A stretch of DNA of 64,000 bases, taken from Sedimentisphaeraceae bacterium JB056. GTDB lineage: Bacteria > Planctomycetota > Phycisphaerae > Sedimentisphaerales > Sedimentisphaeraceae. Location: NCBI GenBank assembly GCA_044440125.1, contig JBITAJ010000012.1:249164-313163 (forward strand), given 5' to 3'. The notes below the pieces were generated by a model. The model had not been told where the DNA came from and searched no databases. It saw only the letters and a program-made list of their open reading frames with translations. How positions within the stretch are numbered: the stretch's first letter is position 1; each line of letters begins with the position of its first letter. The position numbers and the translations under genes were made by a program. Below are positions 9,709-18,973 of the stretch, one piece after another.

Positions 9709-11247
9709 ATGGCTGACGGACAGATTAAGCGAACTATGTTCTGGAACACCTTAAGCAACTATTGGACGCTTGCTATACATATTGTCATGATGGTGCTGTT
9801 GGTGAAAATCCAATTTCAGGGCATACCAAAACAGGATTACGGTTTTTGGGGGTTGCTGTGGTCTGTGTTTGGGTATTCACTGCTGCTTGATTTCGGTTTT
9901 GGAACAAGTATCCAGAAATACACCAGTGAGGTATCCGTAACCGGTAACTGGAAAAAATATAATCAACTTGTAAGTACGGTTTTTTTCAGCTACTGTATTC
10001 TTGCAGTAGTTATAATAATTGCGACGATTATTTTAAGCAATTTTGTTGGCCAAATGTTTAAATTGGAAGAAGGCAGTGATGTTACCAGGTATAAGACTGT
10101 GTTTCTTATGTTTGGTATCGGTACGGCACTGATATTTCCAACTGGTTTCTTTGCAGAGATTCTTAGAGGTATACAGCTCATAAAGCTTCGCAATTGCATA
10201 TCTGTAACCTGCTCGATAGCCAACTTTTTGGGAATCGTAGTAGCAGTCAAAATGGGTTATTCACTGATGGTTATGACCGTAGTTACGGTTGTTACTCATC
10301 TTTTATCCAATGTTATAATGGCATTTTTCAGTTTCAGAAGGATGCCGGAGTTCAAGATACATCTTTCTGAGTATCAGCTTAACCTTTTGAAAGAGGTAAT
10401 GAGTTTCTCTCTGTTTGCTTATCTGATAATGTTCAGTAACCTGATAATTTTTAAGACTGATCAGATCGTTATATCAGTTTTTGCTTCCGTAGAACTTGTA
10501 GCTTTTTATCAGATTGCTTCAAGGCTTGCCAGTACCTTTATGAGTTTTTCTACTCAGTTCAACGACAATCTTGGCCCAATAGCATCTGTGTTTCACACTT
10601 CCGGCAGAAGTGATGAACTGGCTTCAATGCAGCTTTATACGAGTCGTATTATTGGCTTTATCGCTACGTTTATGCTTGTGCCGTTGGTGGCCTATATTGG
10701 TCCGCTGCTTGAAGTGTGGCTGGAACTTACAGAGCCTGCAAGTAGAATGTGTTCGATTATTCTGCTTTTATCTACTTATTTTCTTGTACTTTTCAGAAGC
10801 GGATCAGTTCAGATATTGCTGATGTGCGGCAGAGAAAAAGAGCTGACTGCGGTTGCTATAGTGGAATGTCTCGCAAATCTTGTCGTTAGTATCATACTTG
10901 TTAAACATCTTGGTATTGTAGGTGTGGCTCTCGGCACACTGATTCCAAACATTGTACTCGGATGTGTATACAATATACCTGTTGCCTGTAAATTTGCTAA
11001 GGTAGGTATGTGGGAGTTTTTCTCATTTTCGATTATAAGAACGCTTGTCGTTGGAGTGATTTCCGCAACGTTTGCGTACTGGCTTTCGCATCTGTACTAT
11101 CCAGACAGTTTGCTTCTGTTACTTTTATTCTGCTGTGCGGCTGGAAGTGTATATATGATACTCTTCTACATTCTCGGTATCAGCAGGCAGGAACGCGGAC
11201 AATTTAACGCTTTGATAGTTAAAGCCATAAAAGAACGAAAGATATGA
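9709..11247 (+). CDS. Oligosaccharide flippase (Wzx/MOP family)
   Basis: About 14 TM segments; 'DYGFWGL', 'LLDFGFGTSIQKY', 'TDQIVIS', 'GIVGVALGT'. Confidence 0.9.
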   Translation: MADGQIKRTMFWNTLSNYWTLAIHIVMMVLLVKIQFQGIPKQDYGFWGLLWSVFGYSLLLDFGFGTSIQKYTSEVSVTGNWKKYNQLVSTVFFSYCILAVVIIIATIILSNFVGQMFKLEEGSDVTRYKTVFLMFGIGTALIFPTGFFAEILRGIQLIKLRNCISVTCSIANFLGIVVAVKMGYSLMVMTVVTVVTHLLSNVIMAFFSFRRMPEFKIHLSEYQLNLLKEVMSFSLFAYLIMFSNLIIFKTDQIVISVFASVELVAFYQIASRLASTFMSFSTQFNDNLGPIASVFHTSGRSDELASMQLYTSRIIGFIATFMLVPLVAYIGPLLEVWLELTEPASRMCSIILLLSTYFLVLFRSGSVQILLMCGREKELTAVAIVECLANLVVSIILVKHLGIVGVALGTLIPNIVLGCVYNIPVACKFAKVGMWEFFSFSIIRTLVVGVISATFAYWLSHLYYPDSLLLLLLFCCAAGSVYMILFYILGISRQERGQFNALIVKAIKERKI

Positions 11248-11299
11248 CAAGAATTACGAACGGTTAATGTCGTTGACAGCCAGTAATAGAAATGTTTTC

Positions 11300-11340
11300 T
11301 GTTCGTAAATTGGCTATTAAAAGGCGTGATATGGCGTTGA
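11300..11340 (+). promoter_or_regulatory. Regulon box 1 (upstream of GH16 - nucleoside hydrolase)
   Basis: TGTTCGTAAATTGGCTATTAAAAGGCGTGATATGGCGTTGA; aligns without gaps to three other copies; TATAAT at 11373-11378. Confidence 0.8.
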
Positions 11341-11426
11341 TTATTTTGTTGCATTACGTACCCTTGTTTTTGTATAATTGAAACAGTGGATTTCACTTGT
11401 CAACAAAGTAATTAGGGCTGAGTTTT

Positions 11427-13865
11427 ATGTCAAAGAAAAACCTTCTTGTGTTTGTTTCTTTTATCTCATGTTTTTTTTCATTGTCATTATGCGCTGCGGC
11501 GTGGGATACAATCGGACTTGAGTTTGAAGTCGTGGATGGTCAGGCTTTAAGAGATAATCGTGAAGTTGATATCCGCGGCAACGCTGCAATATTGTTGAAA
11601 GAGCCAGGTATTTCAGGCAGTATGGAGTGGGAGACGCGGATCTTGCTCAATAGCTATCCACAGTCTGAGCAGAACAATGCTCTATTTCGATTACGACTTC
11701 AAAAACCGATTCAAACTGATAAAATACGGCTTGTTTCGAACGAACATTTTATTCGCGTGGTAGAGCTGGGTATTTATGAGCCGGGTATGCCGGAGTATCC
11801 AAATCCTCTTTCTGCTTCTGCAGAAGGTTTGAATGTGCCGAATTATGCCGTGGATGCTGAATTAACGACATCGTCATTTTTTGCCGGGTTTACCGCTGAT
11901 AAGGTCGTTGACGGCAAGATCGATTATCTTTCTCGCTGGGTAAGCGGTGAAGAACCTCCTCATTACCTGACAGTCGATATGAAAGCAAAAAAGAATATCG
12001 GCTATATACAGATGCTGACAGGACACCCTTCCGGGAATCAATGGACACATATCGCAAAAGAATTTACATTTCAGTATTGGAGCCAAGGGCAATGGAAGGA
12101 TCTCAAGGGCGTTCGGCAGCAGGATGAACCGGGCACGATGGGGCTAATTGTCGGCTATGATTCAAACGGATTTTATAATCTCGTTCATAGCAGCGGTATG
12201 CCTAACTGGCGTCTGCAATATCATGCAAAAGAGGGCGGTGTGAAGATTTTGTCTTCAACTTCCAAAAATATTGACCTTATGGAAGGACGCGAGTATGTTT
12301 TACGTGCTTCGGTTACAGGTTCGGTTATAAGCTTGTGCTGCAATGGTGAGCTGATGCTTAAGTCGGAGATTGCAAGGCCGGCAGCAGGTAAGTTCGGTTT
12401 TTGGAGTGGGTCGGCAGGTAACCGGATCACTGTCAAGAGTATTCGGGCAAGAGAAATTAATGCAGGCAGCTATCAGTACGCATCTGATATCAGGGTTTCG
12501 ATTGATAAAGCGGAAAGTCTGCTGGGTTTTATGCCCCGCGGTTACAAACATGAAATCCAGTTACCTTCGGTTGAGACAGATGAGGTGTTTATCAAAGTGG
12601 AAAGGGCCGTTTCCGGTCAGCAAATTTTCATAAATGGTAAGAAAACAGATCGTGTTTTGCTCAAAGATTCTCACGATAGTGTTGATGATGTTGTCGTGTT
12701 GGTTATATCGGCTGACGGCAGTAATCAGCACAGATATTGTATTGAGGTAGTACCTGTGCCGCCGGTTGAAGGTTATGAACTTGCTTATTCAGACGAGTTC
12801 AATGGTGAATCACTCGATACCGACTTGTGGTACTGCAGAGTGGGCAAAAGATGGAAAAGTTTGCAGAGCAGGGATAATGTAGATGTAGCCGATGGTAATC
12901 TTGAAATATCTCTTACTTATGATAAGGAGACAGGAAATCATATAACTGGGGGTGTTATTACGAAAAAGATGTTTGGCTACGGTTATTATGAGACGCGTGC
13001 CAAGCTTTGGAAACATCGAGGCTGGCATTCGGCATTTTGGCAGATGGGTTATTGCCCCGGAGTCGGATTTCCCGATGATTACGAGGGGCCTGCAAATAAT
13101 CAGATTAATGAAATAGACGGTTTTGAATCAACAGAGGGTGGGGGATTTTCTACAAATCTTCAATACCACAATCCGCGTATGCTTTTCGGCTCGGTAGGTG
13201 CCCGTGGTGATGTCTGTGAAGATTTCCATGTTTTCGGCTGGGAATGGACGCCAGAATATGTTCGTTATTTCTATGACGGAGAACTTGTACGGCAGATCAG
13301 GTATTTGCCGCCGCACGGGTTGCAGAATGTATGGCTGAGTTGTGTGGCACATGACGATGCGGAATTGAAAGATATTCCAGGCAAAATATATTTTGATTAT
13401 TTCCGTTACTACAGCAGAGATTACGGTTTGACGCAGCTATCAGATGATGCTGTTGTAATGGACAGCAGTGATGATAATTATTTTGAAGAGGGTAAGTGGC
13501 GAGATGGAGTTTATGCTATTTCGCATAAGTATGACAAGGTGACAAGGCTCAGTACCGAAGTGGGAAGCAAAGCCGGCTGGAAATTTTTGTCTTCTGTGAG
13601 CGGATGCTATGAGGTTTTTACGTGGAATCCATACATATTTACTGATGGTATAGTCAACGAAACATCATATGAGATAATTTCAGTCGGCAAGAAATCGCAG
13701 GTTACTATAAATCCGATGGAGTCAGGACAATGCTGGGTGAGTCTTGGTAAATACGATTTTGAAAAAGACGCCATGACGGTTGTTCGGTTGAATGTTAATG
13801 AAATCGGACCAAACAGGCTTTGTGCCGTGATGCTTAAACCCTGCAATATAGATAAAGACAATTAA
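11427..13865 (+). CDS. Secreted multimodular GH16 glycoside hydrolase (ConA-like domain with inserted permuted F5/8C, cadherin-like, GH16, golvesin-like C-terminal domain)
   Basis: Signal peptide; 'YSDEFNGESLD', 'GYGYYETRAK', 'HSAFW', catalytic 'EIDGFE', 'FHVFGWEWTP'. Confidence 0.85.
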   Translation: MSKKNLLVFVSFISCFFSLSLCAAAWDTIGLEFEVVDGQALRDNREVDIRGNAAILLKEPGISGSMEWETRILLNSYPQSEQNNALFRLRLQKPIQTDKIRLVSNEHFIRVVELGIYEPGMPEYPNPLSASAEGLNVPNYAVDAELTTSSFFAGFTADKVVDGKIDYLSRWVSGEEPPHYLTVDMKAKKNIGYIQMLTGHPSGNQWTHIAKEFTFQYWSQGQWKDLKGVRQQDEPGTMGLIVGYDSNGFYNLVHSSGMPNWRLQYHAKEGGVKILSSTSKNIDLMEGREYVLRASVTGSVISLCCNGELMLKSEIARPAAGKFGFWSGSAGNRITVKSIRAREINAGSYQYASDIRVSIDKAESLLGFMPRGYKHEIQLPSVETDEVFIKVERAVSGQQIFINGKKTDRVLLKDSHDSVDDVVVLVISADGSNQHRYCIEVVPVPPVEGYELAYSDEFNGESLDTDLWYCRVGKRWKSLQSRDNVDVADGNLEISLTYDKETGNHITGGVITKKMFGYGYYETRAKLWKHRGWHSAFWQMGYCPGVGFPDDYEGPANNQINEIDGFESTEGGGFSTNLQYHNPRMLFGSVGARGDVCEDFHVFGWEWTPEYVRYFYDGELVRQIRYLPPHGLQNVWLSCVAHDDAELKDIPGKIYFDYFRYYSRDYGLTQLSDDAVVMDSSDDNYFEEGKWRDGVYAISHKYDKVTRLSTEVGSKAGWKFLSSVSGCYEVFTWNPYIFTDGIVNETSYEIISVGKKSQVTINPMESGQCWVSLGKYDFEKDAMTVVRLNVNEIGPNRLCAVMLKPCNIDKDN

Positions 13866-13883
13866 AACGGAAATGATACCACA

Positions 13884-14807
13884 ATGAGAAAAATTATTCT
13901 TGATACTGATATTGGTGATGATATTGACGACTGCTTTGCCCTTGGACTTATTCTTTGTTTGCCAGAGCTTGAACTTTGCGGGGTAACGACTGTTTTTGAG
14001 AATGTAGAGGCACGCTGTCGTCTTGCAGGTACTTTGCTTGCGGTAGCGGGACGCTGCGATATTCCTGTTGCTGCCGGTTGCGGGGCTATGCTTTCTTCAT
14101 GTTTTAATTATGATATTAACCCACGCAAGGCATATCTTGAAGGCAGTTTGCCCAACCAGATTACAAGTGCTTTAGATGAGAGCCAGTTGCCGGCGATTGA
14201 TAAACGACACGGCGTGGATTTTATAATTGATACAATAAAGGCCGGAGATAGTGATATAGAGATTGTTGCTATCGGTGCGTTGACCAACATAGCGATGGCG
14301 ATAACCAAATGCCCCGAAATAATCGCTAAAATTCCACGAATCATCTGCATGGGCGGTGTTTTTGAGGATGATACCCGCAGGGGGATTATTGACTGGAACA
14401 CTCTTTGTGATCCCATTGCTTCGGATATTGTTGTCAACAGCGGCATAAAAACTGATTTTATCAGTCTTGATGTTACTACGAAGGTGCCTTTGCTTAAGGA
14501 TGATATGGATAGAATCAGGGCTTCACAAAAGCCGCTTGCCAAAAAGATGGCAGAGGCTCTTGAGCTTTGGATTGAAAAGGTTAATGCACGCGGCGGAACT
14601 CCTTTAATGCACGATCCGTTAACGGTTGCTGTACTTGTGAAGCCAGAACTTGTGAAATGGCATACAGGAACCGTCTCAATAGATACCCAAAGCAGCAGCC
14701 AAAGCGGGTATACATTTTTTGAAAAATCGGCAAATGGCTGTCATAGATACAGTTATGAAGTTGATTCGCGAGGAATGGTTGAGTTCTGGCTTGACAGAGT
14801 GCTTTAG
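13884..14807 (+). CDS. Nucleoside hydrolase (IU-NH) family protein
   Basis: 'ILDTDIGDDIDD', 'GALTNIA', 'MGG', 'WNTLCDP', 'LDVT', 'HDPL'. Confidence 0.9.
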   Translation: MRKIILDTDIGDDIDDCFALGLILCLPELELCGVTTVFENVEARCRLAGTLLAVAGRCDIPVAAGCGAMLSSCFNYDINPRKAYLEGSLPNQITSALDESQLPAIDKRHGVDFIIDTIKAGDSDIEIVAIGALTNIAMAITKCPEIIAKIPRIICMGGVFEDDTRRGIIDWNTLCDPIASDIVVNSGIKTDFISLDVTTKVPLLKDDMDRIRASQKPLAKKMAEALELWIEKVNARGGTPLMHDPLTVAVLVKPELVKWHTGTVSIDTQSSSQSGYTFFEKSANGCHRYSYEVDSRGMVEFWLDRVL

Positions 14808-14822
14808 TACGACAGGTAATCT

Positions 14823-14863
14823 TGTTCGCAAAATGGCTAAAAAAAGACGCTTAATGGCGTGGT
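14823..14863 (+). promoter_or_regulatory. Regulon box 2 (upstream of the large surface protein)
   Basis: TGTTCGCAAAATGGCTAAAAAAAGACGCTTAATGGCGTGGT; -10-like GATAAT at 14883-14888. Confidence 0.85.
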
Positions 14864-15000
14864 TTACGATGCCTTTATATGCGATAATCATCATTTAGTA
14901 GATTGCGATAGTGTTTATACACACGGTTTTGTCCGTGATAATTTCTTAGATGTGATACGAGTATTTGTATTTATGTGTTATTTTTTATAGGAGACCGAAC

Positions 15001-18000
15001 ATGGTAAAAATCAAATCTACGATCATATTTGTGTCATTACTGGCACTTATGTTCACAACTTCTATCTTTGCCGATGTACGATGGTACGATGGCAATGCAG
15101 ACGATCATCTCTGGAGCAATCCTTACAACTGGGGTTCACTTGGACACGTACCGACAACAAGTGACGGTATTGTGTTTGTAAAGCCCGGTCTTTCTGCTAC
15201 TTACGGTAAGCCAGCTCCGGGAGCAGACCCTACTATTAATTCAAGCGAGCCGAACGTTACAAGCATATATGTTGGCGAGCAGGCTCCTGGGCTTGCTGAG
15301 CTGACAATCACTGACGGCGGTTATATGGAAGTTATGACCAGATTCCGTTTGGGAAGTTACATTACAACTCTTCAGACTCCTATCACGCATGGGCGTTTGA
15401 ACATGGAAGGTGGCGTTCTGGATGTATTAGGCACAGATGGTATACAACTGGGCTATAGAAACTCTATTGGTGAAATCTATATGACCGGCGGAGTTATCAA
15501 TACATCGAAGCTTTGGATGAAGGGCAGGCTGACAAGTAATACGACGGCCAAAATCGAGCTTCTTGGCGGCACAATCAATGCAGGTGTTGATCAATGGGAT
15601 ACAACTGCTGTTGATGACAGGCCCTACAACCTTATCAACATAACAGAGGGTACTCTCCGTACCGGCAGGGCTTTAAGCTCATGGTATGAGGCAACAGGCC
15701 TTATAACTGCTTATGATGGTTTGAGTACTTGTAATTTCGACCAGACAACAGAGCCTGGTTACACAATTGTAACGGCTAATCCATATTATAAGGCTTATAC
15801 CCCATCGCCATTTGACGGTGCAGCTCTTTCATCTTCTGAAGCTCCTGCAGGAGTTACTATTCTTGAGTGGAAGGCCGGAACAGGTGCTATTTCTCATGAT
15901 GTGTATTTTGGTACAGATGAGAGTCTTGTAACAAGCGGTGATATGAGCGTTTATCAGGGCAATGTTGACGTTTTAAGTTTTGACCCTAACGGTTTGGGTT
16001 ACGGCCAGACATATTACTGGCGAATTGATGAATTTGACGGCAGCACAACAACGACTGGCGATGTGTGGAGCTTCAGTGTTTCTGCTGATCTTCCACCTCA
16101 AGCGGCAAGCGTTCCAGTGCCTGCTGATGCAGAGACAGGTGTAAGTCGTCTTGCACAGATGAGTTGGACTATCGGTGTTGGAGCTATTTCTCATGATATT
16201 TACTTCGGCACCGATGAGTCCCTTGTAGCCTTAGGCGATGCAAGTGTCTATCAGGGCAATTTCCCGACTGCTGAATTTGATCCGGGGCTGCTTGATGCCG
16301 GAACAACATATTACTGGAGAGTTGACGAGCTTGACGGAAGCAGTATATGGGAAGGCGCTGTTTGGGAATTCCAGACCCTTACACCTGCGGGTGATGTAGT
16401 ATGGGTAAATAATGCCGTAGATGATGAGAACTGGAATACTGGTGAGAACTGGAATACTCTTTCTGTTCCTACACTGGATAAGAGTTCGGTTTATATCGAT
16501 CCAGAGGCATCAGGTATGCCGGTTGTAGACTCAGCTGTTCCTGGTGTCAACAGCCTATTCTTGGGTCGTGCAAACAAAGGCGGCGAATCTATCGTTACTA
16601 TCGAAGAAGGCGGCGAACTTACAGCCAGCGCCCTTGTAAGGGTTGGCTATTACAGGCCGGGTTCTTATGAGAGAGGTACTATCGTTGTTAACGGCGGTTC
16701 ATTTACCTCTACAACAGAAATGCAGGTTGGAAGTTATGGTACTTCAACTTATAATAATGATGGTACACTTACAATCAACGGTGGTGAGCTAAATGCTCAG
16801 TGGATCAGGCTCTCAGCAGGTACTTACAGTACAGGTTACATAAACCTCAACGGCGGTACTCTTAATATAGGAACCGGCGGCATTGAATTTAACAATGAGC
16901 CTGAAGCGGACAGAATGAGAGTTAGCAAGATGGATATCGGTGCAGGTACTCTTGTAATGGCCGGCGATATGGTTGATAGTGTTAATTATCATATAAATCT
17001 CGGAAATATAACCGCTTACGGTTCTGCTGACGGCGGACTTCTCGGTGAAGCCAACTTTATTGAAGGCGGACATCCTGAAGCAAGTTTCAATGTTAGCTAT
17101 GATGCAGTAAATGATGAGACTATCGTAACTGCTTCTATACCTGATCCGAAACAGGCTAAGAGCCCTTATCCAGGCAATTCTGCTACAGACGCTGATGTGT
17201 GTGCAATACTCAGTTGGACAGCCGGCGAAGGCGCAGTATCTCACCAGATTTACTTTGGTACAGACGAAGCTCTTGTAACAGCGGGTGATGCAAGTGTTGA
17301 TATGGGTTCACAGGCCGCTGCCACTTTTGATCCGGGTCTGCTTGTTCCTGAAACACAATATTTCTGGAGAGTTGATGAGTTTGACGGCTCTACAACAACA
17401 GTTGGTGAAGTTTGGAACTTTACTGCCGGATATACGAGCATGATCGATGATTTCCAGAGTTATGCTGACGGTACAGAACTTTCTGCTGTCTGGACTGCTG
17501 CCAGCGGTTCTATAACAGCTCTTGAGACTGATATAACCAACTTCAACAGTTCTCAGGCGATGAAAGTTAATTTTGCCGGTTCTGCTCCTTCGGTTACCAT
17601 GACATTTGCTTCTGCTCAGGACTGGACAAAGTCCAACATAGCGTTCCTTGCTATTCCGTTCCATGGAGCAGCGGCTAATTCCGCTACCGAGATGAATGTT
17701 ACATTAGAAGACGCTACCGGAATGACCTCGCAGGTAACATACGGTCTTGATCTTCTTGATGAAGACGCAAGTGATGTCATAATGGAAGATTTCAGAAACT
17801 ACTGGACATGGCATATTGATCTTGCACGTTTTGGTGTAGACCTTACAGAGGTTAAGAAGCTTACCGTCACTATGGGTGATGGTGTGACAAGTACTGTTGG
17901 AACAGTATACTTTGATGATATCTATCTCTCAGTTCCTGAGTGCATAGCAAGATTTATGCCGGGTGAAGTAAACGGCGACTGCAATGTTGATGCTCTCGAT

Positions 18001-18861
18001 CTTAAGATAATTGCTGAGAACTGGCTTGCAGCTGATAGCGTTGTAACAGCTTCAACAGCACCGGCTCCGCTGGCAATGTGGAAGTTTGAAGGCGATGCTA
18101 CAGAAGAAAACGGCCTTTACGGCGGTAGTGCTAATGGTACTGTTGCATGGGATGCGACAGGCGGTTATGATGGAAACGGCTGTTTGAGCCTCAACGGAGC
18201 AGGTTACATAGGTATCTCCGGAGCTGAGACACTGTTCTCCAACATCACAGATCAGATGACCATATCAGTATGGGTTAAGGGTGATGCAGACGCACAGCCT
18301 GTTGATAATGTTGTCTTTGCCGGTGGTGTATCAGATTTCAGTGGTCACAACCCGTTCTCTTATATGCCAAACAGAAACGGTGGGGTTACATTTGACTCAG
18401 GTCATATCAGTGAGCAGGAACCTGACTGGGATTCATGGTTCTACGGTTGGGATAATATCACCTGGAACAGAAATGATGTTTCTGACTGGGAAGGCGCATG
18501 GGTTAACTATACCTACGTTAAGAATTCTACCGAAGGTTTCATGAGACTTTATCGTAACGGTGAGCTCGTAGCAGAGAATCTTGATGCTTACGCTCCAATG
18601 GGCGGAACTGCGGTATTTACTATAGGTGCTCTCGAAAGAGGTACTTATCAGTCGCTCAGATATACCGGTAAGATTGATGATATGAGTATCTACAACACAG
18701 TTCTTACTGCTGAGCAGATTGCTGCTCTTGCGAATCAGGCAACTGTATCGCAGCCTCTTGTAACTGCTGCCGATGGCAACAAGGACGGCAAGGTAGATTT
18801 TGCCGACTTCGCCGCGATGGCTGATTACTGGCTCGATCAGGAAGTTACATGGCCTTACTGA
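15001..18861 (+). CDS. Large secreted, apparently non-catalytic protein: two passenger-type beta-helix modules, three Fn3-like 'YYWRxDE' modules, CBM-like domain, LamG flanked by dockerin-like motifs
   Basis: AGGAG RBS before ATG 15001; signal peptide; repeats SHDVYFGTD...YYWRIDE (x3); 'GEVNGDCNVDALDL' and 'DGNKDGKVDFADF'; LamG 'GKIDDMSIYNTVLT'. Confidence 0.8.
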   Translation: MVKIKSTIIFVSLLALMFTTSIFADVRWYDGNADDHLWSNPYNWGSLGHVPTTSDGIVFVKPGLSATYGKPAPGADPTINSSEPNVTSIYVGEQAPGLAELTITDGGYMEVMTRFRLGSYITTLQTPITHGRLNMEGGVLDVLGTDGIQLGYRNSIGEIYMTGGVINTSKLWMKGRLTSNTTAKIELLGGTINAGVDQWDTTAVDDRPYNLINITEGTLRTGRALSSWYEATGLITAYDGLSTCNFDQTTEPGYTIVTANPYYKAYTPSPFDGAALSSSEAPAGVTILEWKAGTGAISHDVYFGTDESLVTSGDMSVYQGNVDVLSFDPNGLGYGQTYYWRIDEFDGSTTTTGDVWSFSVSADLPPQAASVPVPADAETGVSRLAQMSWTIGVGAISHDIYFGTDESLVALGDASVYQGNFPTAEFDPGLLDAGTTYYWRVDELDGSSIWEGAVWEFQTLTPAGDVVWVNNAVDDENWNTGENWNTLSVPTLDKSSVYIDPEASGMPVVDSAVPGVNSLFLGRANKGGESIVTIEEGGELTASALVRVGYYRPGSYERGTIVVNGGSFTSTTEMQVGSYGTSTYNNDGTLTINGGELNAQWIRLSAGTYSTGYINLNGGTLNIGTGGIEFNNEPEADRMRVSKMDIGAGTLVMAGDMVDSVNYHINLGNITAYGSADGGLLGEANFIEGGHPEASFNVSYDAVNDETIVTASIPDPKQAKSPYPGNSATDADVCAILSWTAGEGAVSHQIYFGTDEALVTAGDASVDMGSQAAATFDPGLLVPETQYFWRVDEFDGSTTTVGEVWNFTAGYTSMIDDFQSYADGTELSAVWTAASGSITALETDITNFNSSQAMKVNFAGSAPSVTMTFASAQDWTKSNIAFLAIPFHGAAANSATEMNVTLEDATGMTSQVTYGLDLLDEDASDVIMEDFRNYWTWHIDLARFGVDLTEVKKLTVTMGDGVTSTVGTVYFDDIYLSVPECIARFMPGEVNGDCNVDALDLKIIAENWLAADSVVTASTAPAPLAMWKFEGDATEENGLYGGSANGTVAWDATGGYDGNGCLSLNGAGYIGISGAETLFSNITDQMTISVWVKGDADAQPVDNVVFAGGVSDFSGHNPFSYMPNRNGGVTFDSGHISEQEPDWDSWFYGWDNITWNRNDVSDWEGAWVNYTYVKNSTEGFMRLYRNGELVAENLDAYAPMGGTAVFTIGALERGTYQSLRYTGKIDDMSIYNTVLTAEQIAALANQATVSQPLVTAADGNKDGKVDFADFAAMADYWLDQEVTWPY

Positions 18862-18886
18862 GATAAAATAAAATTTTGATAAATTG

Positions 18887-18918
18887 GAAAAGAACCTCCG
18901 CTCGCGGGGGTTCTTTTC
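18887..18918. terminator. Rho-independent terminator
   Basis: GAAAAGAACCTCCG-ctcg-CGGGGGTTCTTTTC: 14-bp stem with one G-U pair, 25 nt after the stop. Confidence 0.85.
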
Positions 18919-18973
18919 GTTTATAATATTGCTGTATAGAATAAGTTAGTGTTTTTAGGTTTGAAGGTTGATT

